A DNA stretch of 64,000 bases from Acidobacteriota bacterium. GTDB taxonomy: Bacteria > Acidobacteriota > Terriglobia > Terriglobales > SCQP01. The notes below the pieces were generated by a model. That model saw only the letters and a list, made by a program, of their open reading frames with translations, was not told the DNA's origin and did no database searches. Of the stretch, positions 57,001-64,000 are shown piece by piece (position 1 is the first letter of the stretch; the number at the start of each line of letters is the position of its first letter). Where the stretch lies: NCBI GenBank assembly GCA_021818955.1, contig JAKASR010000019.1, positions 5,400 through 69,399 of the forward strand. The letters are read 5' to 3'. The translations under genes and the position numbers were made by a program.

Positions 57001-60000
57001 GGTAGCGGAGTTGCACGATAGAGCCTCGGGGAATCTTTACGATCACACCCACATTACGGGAAGCAGCGGCATCTCGGGCGTGACCGAAACCGCGATTGCG
57101 ATGTCTGAGCTGCATGACCGCGTCTCCCCCAACATCTACGATCATGCCAACTTCACTGGCACCAGCGGTATCCATGGAACATCGGAGACCGCAATCAATT
57201 TAGCCGAAGTTCATGATCGCGTCTCGCCGACCATCGGCGGGCATGGCGGGGTGGGACTAGATAACCTCAACGAAGGCGCTGATTTTCGTAGACACGTCAG
57301 CAACCAATCCGGCCCCAACTTATTTCAAAACGGCGATTTTGAACAGTCGGCCACGCTCTATGCCGGCGCGCCCGCCGGATGGCAAAACTATAACAGTTCG
57401 ACTCTGTTACTAGATACCACAACTTACAACACCGGCGCTCAATCTCTCAAGGTCACGGGTTCGGCAGCGGGCACGGGAGCCTACCAGAGCATCGCCGTGC
57501 ATGGCGGCGAGCAATACTACTTGACCGGGGCCTTCATGGTAAGCAACGCCAGCTCGACTGCCAAGATTACGGTGGATTTTTTTCAAGGCTCAACCTACAA
57601 ATCCGCAGTCACGCTGGCGTCAACCACCGCGACCGTCTGGACGCCATTTAGCTACTCCATTTCCGTGCCGGCTGGCATGACCAGCATGATCGTTTACTGC
57701 TACCAAATTCCAGCAGCTGGTTACTTCGCCTGGTTCGATTCCATTTCTTTGATCCGGCAGCAGAACCTGGACAACGAAATGCAGGTGGGAACAACTTATG
57801 GCCGCGTCCGGCAGACCGAGATGGGCGGCTCGGAGACTGGCAGGATTTATCAGTTAAACGATGGGACGAATGTCAGGACCTCGGCGCAGATCACGGGGGT
57901 TGTGGACTCGACCTCTACGGCAGCGTCTGGCGTGGTGCATGGCGGAGCGGGGGTTAGCAGCGTCGGCCAGACGGCCATAACCTTGGCCGAGATGCACGAC
58001 CGCACCAGCTCGACCATCCCCGGCAATGCGCAATTGAATAGCGGAGCGGTGATCTCGGGAAGAACCGAAGGCATCGGCACGACGGTACAGAACGTTGACT
58101 CCACGGGCATCGTAACGGCGTCTGGGCTTGACTTTACCCGCGCCTACACCAACAAGAATGTAGACAACGTCCCTGACGGAACGACTTACGCCCGCACGAA
58201 GGGCGCAAGCCTGACCTCGGGCTACGTCAGCAAAGTCTCGCAAAACGGCACGACCACCTATAACGCCAAAGGGGTGGGCGACGCTCAAACGCTGAGCTTG
58301 GATAGTGAAATCGCGGATGGTACGACTTACAACCGCGTCAACGCGACTGCGGTTACCAGCGGTAATATCGACTTCTCCAAGTCAGGCTTCGCCAACAAGA
58401 CCGTAGATAACGTCGCGGACGGCTCAACCTTCGTGCGGCTGCTCGGCACACACGCCTCAGGCAACGTCGCCTATAACTACAAAGGCGTCTGGTTGAGCAC
58501 GACAAGCTACGTCGTCGGCGACGAAGTAGTATATGAGGCCAGCTACTGGATCGCCACGGCGGCATCCAGCAATCAAGCGCCCGCCACGGGCAGCAGCTAT
58601 TGGCAGGTGGTGGGGACGTACTCGGGCTTTGAGGGTGCATGGTCGAGCACGACGGCTTACGTCGGCGGCGCTGAGGTAACGTATAACGGCAATTTCTGGG
58701 TGGCTGTGTCGGCCAACACCAATTCGACTCCGACTACCAGCAATGCCAACTGGCAAATTGCTGGGCCGAGCGACCTAGATAATGTGGCGGATGGTACGAC
58801 CTACATCAAGCTGCAAGGCGTAGGCACAGGCCATCAAGTAGGCTGGCATGGTCTGCTGGGCGATACCAGCGGCGACACCACCACCAGTATCGTCGATACC
58901 ACCAACAAGCGGCTGCTGCACAGCGCCATGTCGGGACCAGTGCAAGCCGTAGTTAATACCAGCAATCAGATCACGTCAACCACCCTGATTGAAGGCAGAA
59001 CAGAAAATATCGGGACTACAGTCACGCACCTGACTTCGACTGGCGAGTTCGACTCACCCGACAATTTTGCACTAACGACCGGCTCTACCTACGGCATCGT
59101 CAAAGTAACCGAGCTCGCCAGCAATACCGTTAAGCAGATAAACGATGGAACCAACATCAGAACCGCCGCACAAGTCACGGGAGTGGTCGATTCCACATCG
59201 ACGGCGGCATCAGGTGTTGTCCACGGTGGAGCTGGGATTGGTGGAACCACCAAGACGGCGATTATATTTAGCGATCTGCACGACCGGGTAAGCGCAACGA
59301 TTGGGGAATCGGCGGCGACGGGCTTGGACAACCTGAACGAAGGCAGCGACTTTCGCCGCATTGTATCCAATTTTCCTGGCCCCAACTTATTTCAAAACGG
59401 CGATTTTGAGCAAAGCGCGACGCTATATGCCGGCGCGCCCGCTGGCTGGAAACTCTACAACAACGCGACTTTAAGCCTGGATACGACGACTTATAATACC
59501 GGGTTGCAATCGCTCAAGGTTACGGGTGCAAGCGGTGGAACCGGGGCTTGGCAGACGATTGCCTGCCACGGCGGCGAGCAATATTATATTACTGGGGCAT
59601 TCAAGGTCAGCAGTACCAATACCGCTGAAATATTGATTGACTTCTACCAAGGCTCAACCTACAAATCCGCAGTCACGCCGGCGTCAACCACTTCGACCTC
59701 CTGGACATCATTTAGTTATACCATCACAGTCCCCGCCGGCATCACCAGCATGCAAGTTTATTGCTACCAGGGTGTGGCGGCGGGGGATTTCGCTTGGTTC
59801 GACTCGATGTCGTTGATCCGGTTGCAGAATTACGATAACGAAATCCAGGAAGGTGCCACTTATAACCGGGTGTTAGCCACCGCTATAACCAGCGGCAGCA
59901 TCGACTTCTCAAAATCCGGGTTTGTCAACAAGACGGTTGACCATGTTGGCGATGGCACCTCTTACGCCCGCACCCTGGCCGCTGGCCTGAGCTCTGGCTA

Positions 60001-60883
60001 TGCCGCGAAAACAGGCTCGGCGGGCGGGTACAACATCAAGGGCGTGGGCGACGCGCAGACACTGAGCTTCGATAATGAAGTGGCGGATGGGACGACGTAT
60101 GTACGCTTGAAGGGCGTGGACAGCGATAACACCGGTTTGACGCTGGGGTATTCGGGCTCGCCACAAATGCAGATCGGGCAGAACGGGCTGATCACCATTT
60201 CTACGGGCGGCCACCAAATCAAGCGTACCGTGCATACGGAGCCGCTTTCAACAGCGAATGGTGGCAACACATACCCCAGCGGTGAGACGATTTACTTTTA
60301 CTCAAGCGGCGGCACTCCATATTTGCTGGATGACGGCGGTAACGCCCTGCCTACATTTGACCACGCTCCCGCCGTCACTCTGATGCCGAATAACATAACG
60401 CCGCCCCTGCAGCTTTATGCGTCGAACGTCACGACCACCAGCTTCGTGCTGAATGCTTATTCGTCCGGCACCACCAAAATCCAAACCGGCAACCTGGTAA
60501 ACGGTACGCTAACGCCGATTTCGGCGGACTCGGGCTACGACTACACAACCATCAAGCTCTCGGCTGTAGTAAACACGGCGGATGATACAAACAGCCACGG
60601 TGCGCCGCTCTACAGTGGCACCGTAACGATCAATTACACGGTGGGCACGACCACCGGGAGTTTTTCGATTAGCTGGGCCAGTACGGGCGGCAGCATGAGT
60701 GGTTCGGTCAGCATCAACGCCCCGGCCAGCACCACATCTATTTCCATCGAAGAGAGTTGGAGTACGCCGCTGGCTACAGGCATCGCCAGCGTTACGGCAA
60801 GCTACACAGCGACTGAGATGGAAAGCGCATCACCGGTTTCTAATGTAGATTTTACCGCCATCATTTCGGAGCCCTGGTCCTAA
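54062..60883 (+). CDS. Giant mosaic tail fibre / receptor-binding protein (about 2,273 aa)
   Basis: GTG overlaps the upstream TGA; FN3-like, CBM-like (NLFQNGDFEQ), CBM5/12-like (GAWSSTTAY) domains and multiple internal repeats. Confidence 0.8.
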   Translation: MINDEQLTDGVETPWLPEEQAEPSIPQPPISAESTAPWITPTQKISPPEPISAVPETSWLSEEQAEPAASQPPISTESTAPWLSPEEHTSTSQPPVSMESVAPWIAPTQKVSPSEPISAEPDAPWLAPAPAPEQQASTSAPEQENAPWLAADEPSDPVPESPEPENPTSWTEQNTPTAPERPVSPPAPIQPNTGLPAGRTTQIQSLEHEISTLKRSAYSGSGVPSIPLQHRLTQLEAQLQALLKLKTTPAAAGNTNNQAVQAATAAPAASGTPGQVTLESVSGQSFKTQTGAVKELVSVAFQPSTAGSGYFTGVDVWVTGYHGSTTSELVASGQTSPLSFLLDVTGETVDFTVQATGTGGDAEYDFAPTASLALNGVTTAPPQPTVTQYVVAIPTGYQFSFNQEAGLLADIISGYNVYRNSSDSFTGSTKIAHLKQDPTNSGSVVFQDQQSSTTQQYYWVTAVNTSGLESAATAAQTGASGVPGIALPPNPTNLTVSQSQSTIDGVVKVVLTIGYNAPNPLSTFAGVQVAMEGYHGSTVVTAIGAMNPFTGAAAAAQSFTVPVDRTGETVTLYLAPVNSYGVSPGWASVPSVGLTLNGALNAPTEPTNLTVTSLPGGNRLDWSLGTEANLAGYIIARSATNVFTDATVIGHAAVTRASGTPPPSYYDPTQNTADTYYYWVQAVDTAGNTSTAAETSTASGSSGVGAGQSVSPSNTNIVPDSDFLFGATYWTLGANFSFAEAGQAVENAGGNLIQFGGVSSGLGTFQAYSTPVAVYPSSSYTLSAYLGTFNLSSGTITLAVMDPTRVTTYGSISQSYPTYGRVYGTVTIPASVTTAVIVCDADTANCPSGKTCVWGAMQLEYGSQATSYKPGSSPNNQTYWARGAHPPEYNAVITSGSQITGSTTLTGTVETQIALQEIHDRVSPNIYDHANLSGASGIQGVVETALALAEVHDRASGNLYDHTHLNGSSGVSGIVETAITVAELHDRASGNLYDHTHITGSSGISGVTETAIAMSELHDRVSPNIYDHANFTGTSGIHGTSETAINLAEVHDRVSPTIGGHGGVGLDNLNEGADFRRHVSNQSGPNLFQNGDFEQSATLYAGAPAGWQNYNSSTLLLDTTTYNTGAQSLKVTGSAAGTGAYQSIAVHGGEQYYLTGAFMVSNASSTAKITVDFFQGSTYKSAVTLASTTATVWTPFSYSISVPAGMTSMIVYCYQIPAAGYFAWFDSISLIRQQNLDNEMQVGTTYGRVRQTEMGGSETGRIYQLNDGTNVRTSAQITGVVDSTSTAASGVVHGGAGVSSVGQTAITLAEMHDRTSSTIPGNAQLNSGAVISGRTEGIGTTVQNVDSTGIVTASGLDFTRAYTNKNVDNVPDGTTYARTKGASLTSGYVSKVSQNGTTTYNAKGVGDAQTLSLDSEIADGTTYNRVNATAVTSGNIDFSKSGFANKTVDNVADGSTFVRLLGTHASGNVAYNYKGVWLSTTSYVVGDEVVYEASYWIATAASSNQAPATGSSYWQVVGTYSGFEGAWSSTTAYVGGAEVTYNGNFWVAVSANTNSTPTTSNANWQIAGPSDLDNVADGTTYIKLQGVGTGHQVGWHGLLGDTSGDTTTSIVDTTNKRLLHSAMSGPVQAVVNTSNQITSTTLIEGRTENIGTTVTHLTSTGEFDSPDNFALTTGSTYGIVKVTELASNTVKQINDGTNIRTAAQVTGVVDSTSTAASGVVHGGAGIGGTTKTAIIFSDLHDRVSATIGESAATGLDNLNEGSDFRRIVSNFPGPNLFQNGDFEQSATLYAGAPAGWKLYNNATLSLDTTTYNTGLQSLKVTGASGGTGAWQTIACHGGEQYYITGAFKVSSTNTAEILIDFYQGSTYKSAVTPASTTSTSWTSFSYTITVPAGITSMQVYCYQGVAAGDFAWFDSMSLIRLQNYDNEIQEGATYNRVLATAITSGSIDFSKSGFVNKTVDHVGDGTSYARTLAAGLSSGYAAKTGSAGGYNIKGVGDAQTLSFDNEVADGTTYVRLKGVDSDNTGLTLGYSGSPQMQIGQNGLITISTGGHQIKRTVHTEPLSTANGGNTYPSGETIYFYSSGGTPYLLDDGGNALPTFDHAPAVTLMPNNITPPLQLYASNVTTTSFVLNAYSSGTTKIQTGNLVNGTLTPISADSGYDYTTIKLSAVVNTADDTNSHGAPLYSGTVTINYTVGTTTGSFSISWASTGGSMSGSVSINAPASTTSISIEESWSTPLATGIASVTASYTATEMESASPVSNVDFTAIISEPWS

Positions 60884-60884
60884 T

Positions 60885-61253
60885 ATGATCACAGACTTAC
60901 GCTTCGTCGAAGAGTACCGGTTGTTGCTTGATGACCACATCCCGGCGCAGCTGGTACATTATCAGAACGTGCTCGCCGGGCTGGCGGCTACGCCGTCCAT
61001 CCATCACCACCACTGCGCCAACCGTCAATGCCAGGTGTGGGCAACGCAGCTAAATGCGTTGATAGCAGACGCAGCAAAATTGGCCGCCTTCCAGTCGCGT
61101 TACCCCGACTGGACAACGGCCAACTTACAGGCGTATGTTACGAGCCTTACGACTATAGACACAGCGGTTGTAGGGTACTTACAAAGCCAGAACTCCACCA
61201 ATCTGGCGGCCATCCAGACGGCGCTCTCCGCGAACCTTGCGCAAGTTACATAG
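60885..61253 (+). CDS. Hypothetical protein (possible fibre chaperone)
   Basis: Directly follows the fibre gene; helical. Confidence 0.6.
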   Translation: MITDLRFVEEYRLLLDDHIPAQLVHYQNVLAGLAATPSIHHHHCANRQCQVWATQLNALIADAAKLAAFQSRYPDWTTANLQAYVTSLTTIDTAVVGYLQSQNSTNLAAIQTALSANLAQVT

Positions 61254-61288
61254 TTTCGTAGCTTTTAACTGGTGCCGAGCCAGCAATC

Positions 61289-61310
61289 TGACTTCTCGTA
61301 TCTAATATAG
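61289..61310 (+). promoter_or_regulatory. TGACTT-N11-TATAG box abutting the ATG at 61311
   Basis: tctgacttctcgtatctaatatagATG. Confidence 0.65.
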
Positions 61311-61691
61311 ATGGAATTTCGTCCTATACTCCCCGACGATCTAAATGAGTGGTCCCGCTGGGCAACTGCCCGCGGCGTCGATGCAGGCAGCGTAGCAAAG
61401 GCTGTCGAGGGCCGCGCCATAGCCCGAATCGCCGACCGCAAGGGTGGCATCCTCTACGTACATGCTGCGCCGCTGGCAGCGAACGGCGACATGGACGTAG
61501 ACATCTTATTCAATCCGGACGCCACGGCTCGTCGCGTTGCCGGGGCCATTGCTCTGACGGCAGATGTGCTGCGCAAAGCGGGCGCTAAGCGTGTGGTCTT
61601 TGACTCAGTAGCGCAGGAGCTAATTTCGTTTTTGCTGCGGCATTACAACGTCAAGCTTGGCCCAAGCACGAAAGTGACGGTAAGCCTCTAA
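61311..61691 (+). CDS. GNAT-like small protein preceding the ejection proteins
   Basis: MEFRPILPDDL start; position equivalent to P22 gp14 / T7 gp13. Confidence 0.55.
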   Translation: MEFRPILPDDLNEWSRWATARGVDAGSVAKAVEGRAIARIADRKGGILYVHAAPLAANGDMDVDILFNPDATARRVAGAIALTADVLRKAGAKRVVFDSVAQELISFLLRHYNVKLGPSTKVTVSL

Positions 61692-62380
61692 TGTGTTTTC
61701 TTTCTGGTAGCCAAGCATCGACCGACGCTCAAGCAAACGCCAGCAGCGCAGCTGCTTTTCAGACACAGATGCAGCAAGCGTTTAAGCAGCAGTTTGGCGA
61801 GTCGTCTGCGATTACCGGGGCTCTCACGAAGGCGTTTTTGCCTACGCTTCAAGCCGGGCCCGACCAGTACGGCTACACGCCGGGTGAGGATGCTGCGCTG
61901 AGGACACAGTCAGAGGATGCTACCGCTCAAGCCGCCGATCAGGCTGAGCAGGCATACGGCGCAGAAACTGCGGGCAGTGACTCGACAGGATTGCCGAGCG
62001 GCGCTGCCGCTCAGGTGAAGGGCGACATCTTATCTGGAGCAGCCGAGGAGAACGCTGCACAGCAGGGCAATATCACGCAGACCGGATACGAGCAAGGGCG
62101 ACAAAACTATCTGAACGCTGCTCGGGCGTTGAGCGGCACAGCAGCTCTGGAAAATCCTCTAGGCTACGCCGGTGAAACCAACCAGGCCACGGGCGAGAAT
62201 ACTTCGGCAATTCGGGAGGAAGCCGCGACGCAAACTAACCCCCTAAGCTCAATTTTGGGCGGCTTGGCTGGTATTGCGCTGGCTCCCGTAACGGGTGGCG
62301 GCTCACTGCTGGGCAACGCGCTAGGCGGATTGTTCGGCAGCAAGAAGGCCGCGCCAGCAACACCCGGGACATTGGTGTAA
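61691..62380 (+). CDS. DNA ejection / internal virion protein (P22 gp7-like)
   Basis: MCF..G start, Ala/Gln/Gly-rich, C-terminal LGGLAG...LGGLFG. Confidence 0.65.
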   Translation: MCFLSGSQASTDAQANASSAAAFQTQMQQAFKQQFGESSAITGALTKAFLPTLQAGPDQYGYTPGEDAALRTQSEDATAQAADQAEQAYGAETAGSDSTGLPSGAAAQVKGDILSGAAEENAAQQGNITQTGYEQGRQNYLNAARALSGTAALENPLGYAGETNQATGENTSAIREEAATQTNPLSSILGGLAGIALAPVTGGGSLLGNALGGLFGSKKAAPATPGTLV

Positions 62381-63783
62381 TGATGGGTATTCTAAACGCA
62401 ATCGAGAGCGAGTTATCTGATGTCGCGCAGCCTATCGAAGACGCTGCGTCGCCCATCGTAAAGCCAGCTATTGGTGGGCTGGCTGACCTTGGCCGTGCTG
62501 CGGGCAGCGCTTTAGTCGGCAGCAATGCCGGTGCGCCACCCCCCAAGTATTCAGTCGACCCCAACACTGGCCAGATGACCAGCGCTCCGGGGACACACAG
62601 CTACGGCAACTTGTTCCGGAACATGCTGGCTGGTGCTCTATCGGGCTTAGCATCCTCGCATCCCGGACAGAGCGGTGCGCAGGCGCTAGGCCAGGGCTAC
62701 GCCGCTGCGCAGGTGCAGGAGCAGCACCAGCAGGAGTTGGCACGGCAACAGGCCGAGCAGCAATTTGGCAATGATCTGGCGGCCACCAAAGCCCAAGACT
62801 ATAACAAGTATTTGAACGCCATGCGGCTGCACTTACAGGCATCGACTCTCCAGCAGCAGCAGCAAACAAAGCTAGAAGCCCAGCAGGGCCGGGAAGCCGC
62901 TCAGCGCAGCCTGGACTTGATGCGTAAAAATCGCTTGGCGATGGGCGATATTCACTTGGAAGACATCAATGGCCCCGACGATCTACAGGCGCTGCTGCAA
63001 AAACATCCGAATCTTGCGCACGAGTACGCCAGCGGCCAAGTTGATTTTGACTACGATGCGGCGAATGGACGCTATGAGGTCTATCAAGTCTCCGGCGATC
63101 TACGCGGCGCGATACAAAAGCCAATACGGATCGTGACGGGGTTTGGTCAGGACGGCAAGCCGATCACCCGCACCTACGCTGCCGGTTCGATTAGCAGGGC
63201 GCAAGCCGCGACCCTGCAGGCGCAGTCGAATCAGTTGACGCAGCAGTACGTAACGCAGCAGGAGCGAAGCCACGAGGCAAATGCTCGCATCGCAGCGGCC
63301 AACGCCGAAGCTGCTTCGGCCAATGCTCGGGGCCGGGAAGCTGACGCTCGGACTGCGGCGCTTAATAGTCCTGATGCCAAAATCGATCTGCAAACTGAAC
63401 GCTATACGAATGCCATTGCAAAGCTGTTGCCAATCGCCTATGGAAAAGACTTAGCAACGGGGCAATATACAACGCTGCTCACTTCGCCCACCGCTCGCCG
63501 GGCGCAAGCGCAGATCCAGGCGCTGCAAGACCGGCTGGATAGATTGACTGGCGTTCCAGCGCAGCAACCAACACCGCAGAACCCGGCTGCTCAGCAAAAG
63601 ATGGTTCGCGTCAAGCTAGCGAATGGGCTCACCGGCTCTATGCCCATCGCTGATGCGCAGCGCATGTCCGCTGCTGGGCAGCTTACTATTCTCGGTGCAA
63701 ATGCACCCGCAGAGCCCCCCCCAAAACCAGCAAGCCTGATTGGGCAGATCATCTCGCCCAGCTCGCCCACCGCGGCTTACTAA
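62380..63783 (+). CDS. DNA ejection / internal virion protein
   Basis: Gln/Ala-rich coiled coils after Gly-rich segments; coupled to neighbouring genes. Confidence 0.65.
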   Translation: MMGILNAIESELSDVAQPIEDAASPIVKPAIGGLADLGRAAGSALVGSNAGAPPPKYSVDPNTGQMTSAPGTHSYGNLFRNMLAGALSGLASSHPGQSGAQALGQGYAAAQVQEQHQQELARQQAEQQFGNDLAATKAQDYNKYLNAMRLHLQASTLQQQQQTKLEAQQGREAAQRSLDLMRKNRLAMGDIHLEDINGPDDLQALLQKHPNLAHEYASGQVDFDYDAANGRYEVYQVSGDLRGAIQKPIRIVTGFGQDGKPITRTYAAGSISRAQAATLQAQSNQLTQQYVTQQERSHEANARIAAANAEAASANARGREADARTAALNSPDAKIDLQTERYTNAIAKLLPIAYGKDLATGQYTTLLTSPTARRAQAQIQALQDRLDRLTGVPAQQPTPQNPAAQQKMVRVKLANGLTGSMPIADAQRMSAAGQLTILGANAPAEPPPKPASLIGQIISPSSPTAAY

Positions 63784-63786
63784 AAT

Positions 63787-64000
63787 ATGACTACGCCGCC
63801 CGGATTTGTACCCGATACACCACCGGGTTTCGTGCCTGATGGTTCATCACAGCCGTCGAATCCTACACCACCAGGCTTTGTACCGGATGGTTCGGCGCAT
63901 GCATCGGCGACGAACACTCCGCCTGGATTTGTGCCAGATCCCACGCCAGCGGGTTTCGTGACCGATGCGACACCACCGGGTTTTGTCGCCGACCACACGC
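63787..64000 (+). CDS. Start of a large internal virion protein with TPPGFVPD repeats (3'-truncated)
   Basis: MTTPPGFVPDTPPGFVPDG...; six repeats with synonymous codon variation. Confidence 0.8.
   Translation, partial: MTTPPGFVPDTPPGFVPDGSSQPSNPTPPGFVPDGSAHASATNTPPGFVPDPTPAGFVTDATPPGFVADHT

Larger units (their letters stand above)
30439..64000. mobile_element. Temperate prophage with podovirus-type morphogenesis genes, right end outside the window
   Basis: Integrase just downstream of the tRNA 3' end, visible drop in GC, replication, packaging, head, tail and ejection modules in order. Confidence 0.93.

Noticed and set aside
57250-59850. Diversity-generating retroelement TR/VR pair in the fibre gene
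   Set aside because: Differences between the duplicated segments are mostly synonymous and not adenine-specific, both copies are in-frame coding, and there is no reverse transcriptase
63780-63998. Minus-strand TKPGGV-repeat ORF
   Set aside because: It is the antisense reading of the TPPGFVPD gene, which has the ATG and the synonymous variation
30420-64000. Second att copy of the tRNA-Ser 3' end
   Set aside because: Not seen by eye in the window; the prophage right end lies beyond 64000

Overview
The window has two parts. (1) About 1-30,440 is a GC-rich bacterial chromosome; Acidobacteriota is my inferred guess from gene style only. It carries a kdpABC K+ uptake operon followed by a tandem RCK (TrkA-like) protein, a soluble KdpD sensor fragment and a Usp protein. 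Next come a minus-strand CusCBA-type heavy-metal efflux operon with small metal-binding genes (Cys-rich, YHS, PCYCGC), two B12-type radical SAM genes, metK-tldD-pmbA, dnaX, SRP RNA, fabH, tadA and tRNA-Ser(CGA). The 6-20 kb stretch is punctuated by two unnamed, indel-free interspersed repeat families (160 bp x2; 66 bp x5, of which two sit inside 280 bp direct repeats). dnaX has an A10 run with stops in both shifted frames, a gamma-subunit slippage signature. (2) About 30,440 to beyond 64,000 is a temperate prophage integrated at the 3' end of tRNA-Ser and running off the window. It encodes a tyrosine integrase, a sigma-70 region-4-like protein, a gp32-like SSB, a P4/D5-type primase-helicase followed by a symmetric iteron origin, ArdC, and a podovirus-type morphogenesis block (TerL, portal, scaffold, capsid, adaptors, nozzle, a ~2,270-aa mosaic fibre, ejection proteins). 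The most novel-looking signals are a recurring TGACTT-N10-12-TATAG box directly abutting three late-gene start codons (a candidate phage-specific promoter class, perhaps read by the sigma-like protein), the structured repeat families, and the repeat-built giant fibre. No database searches were run; all family calls come from motif recognition.
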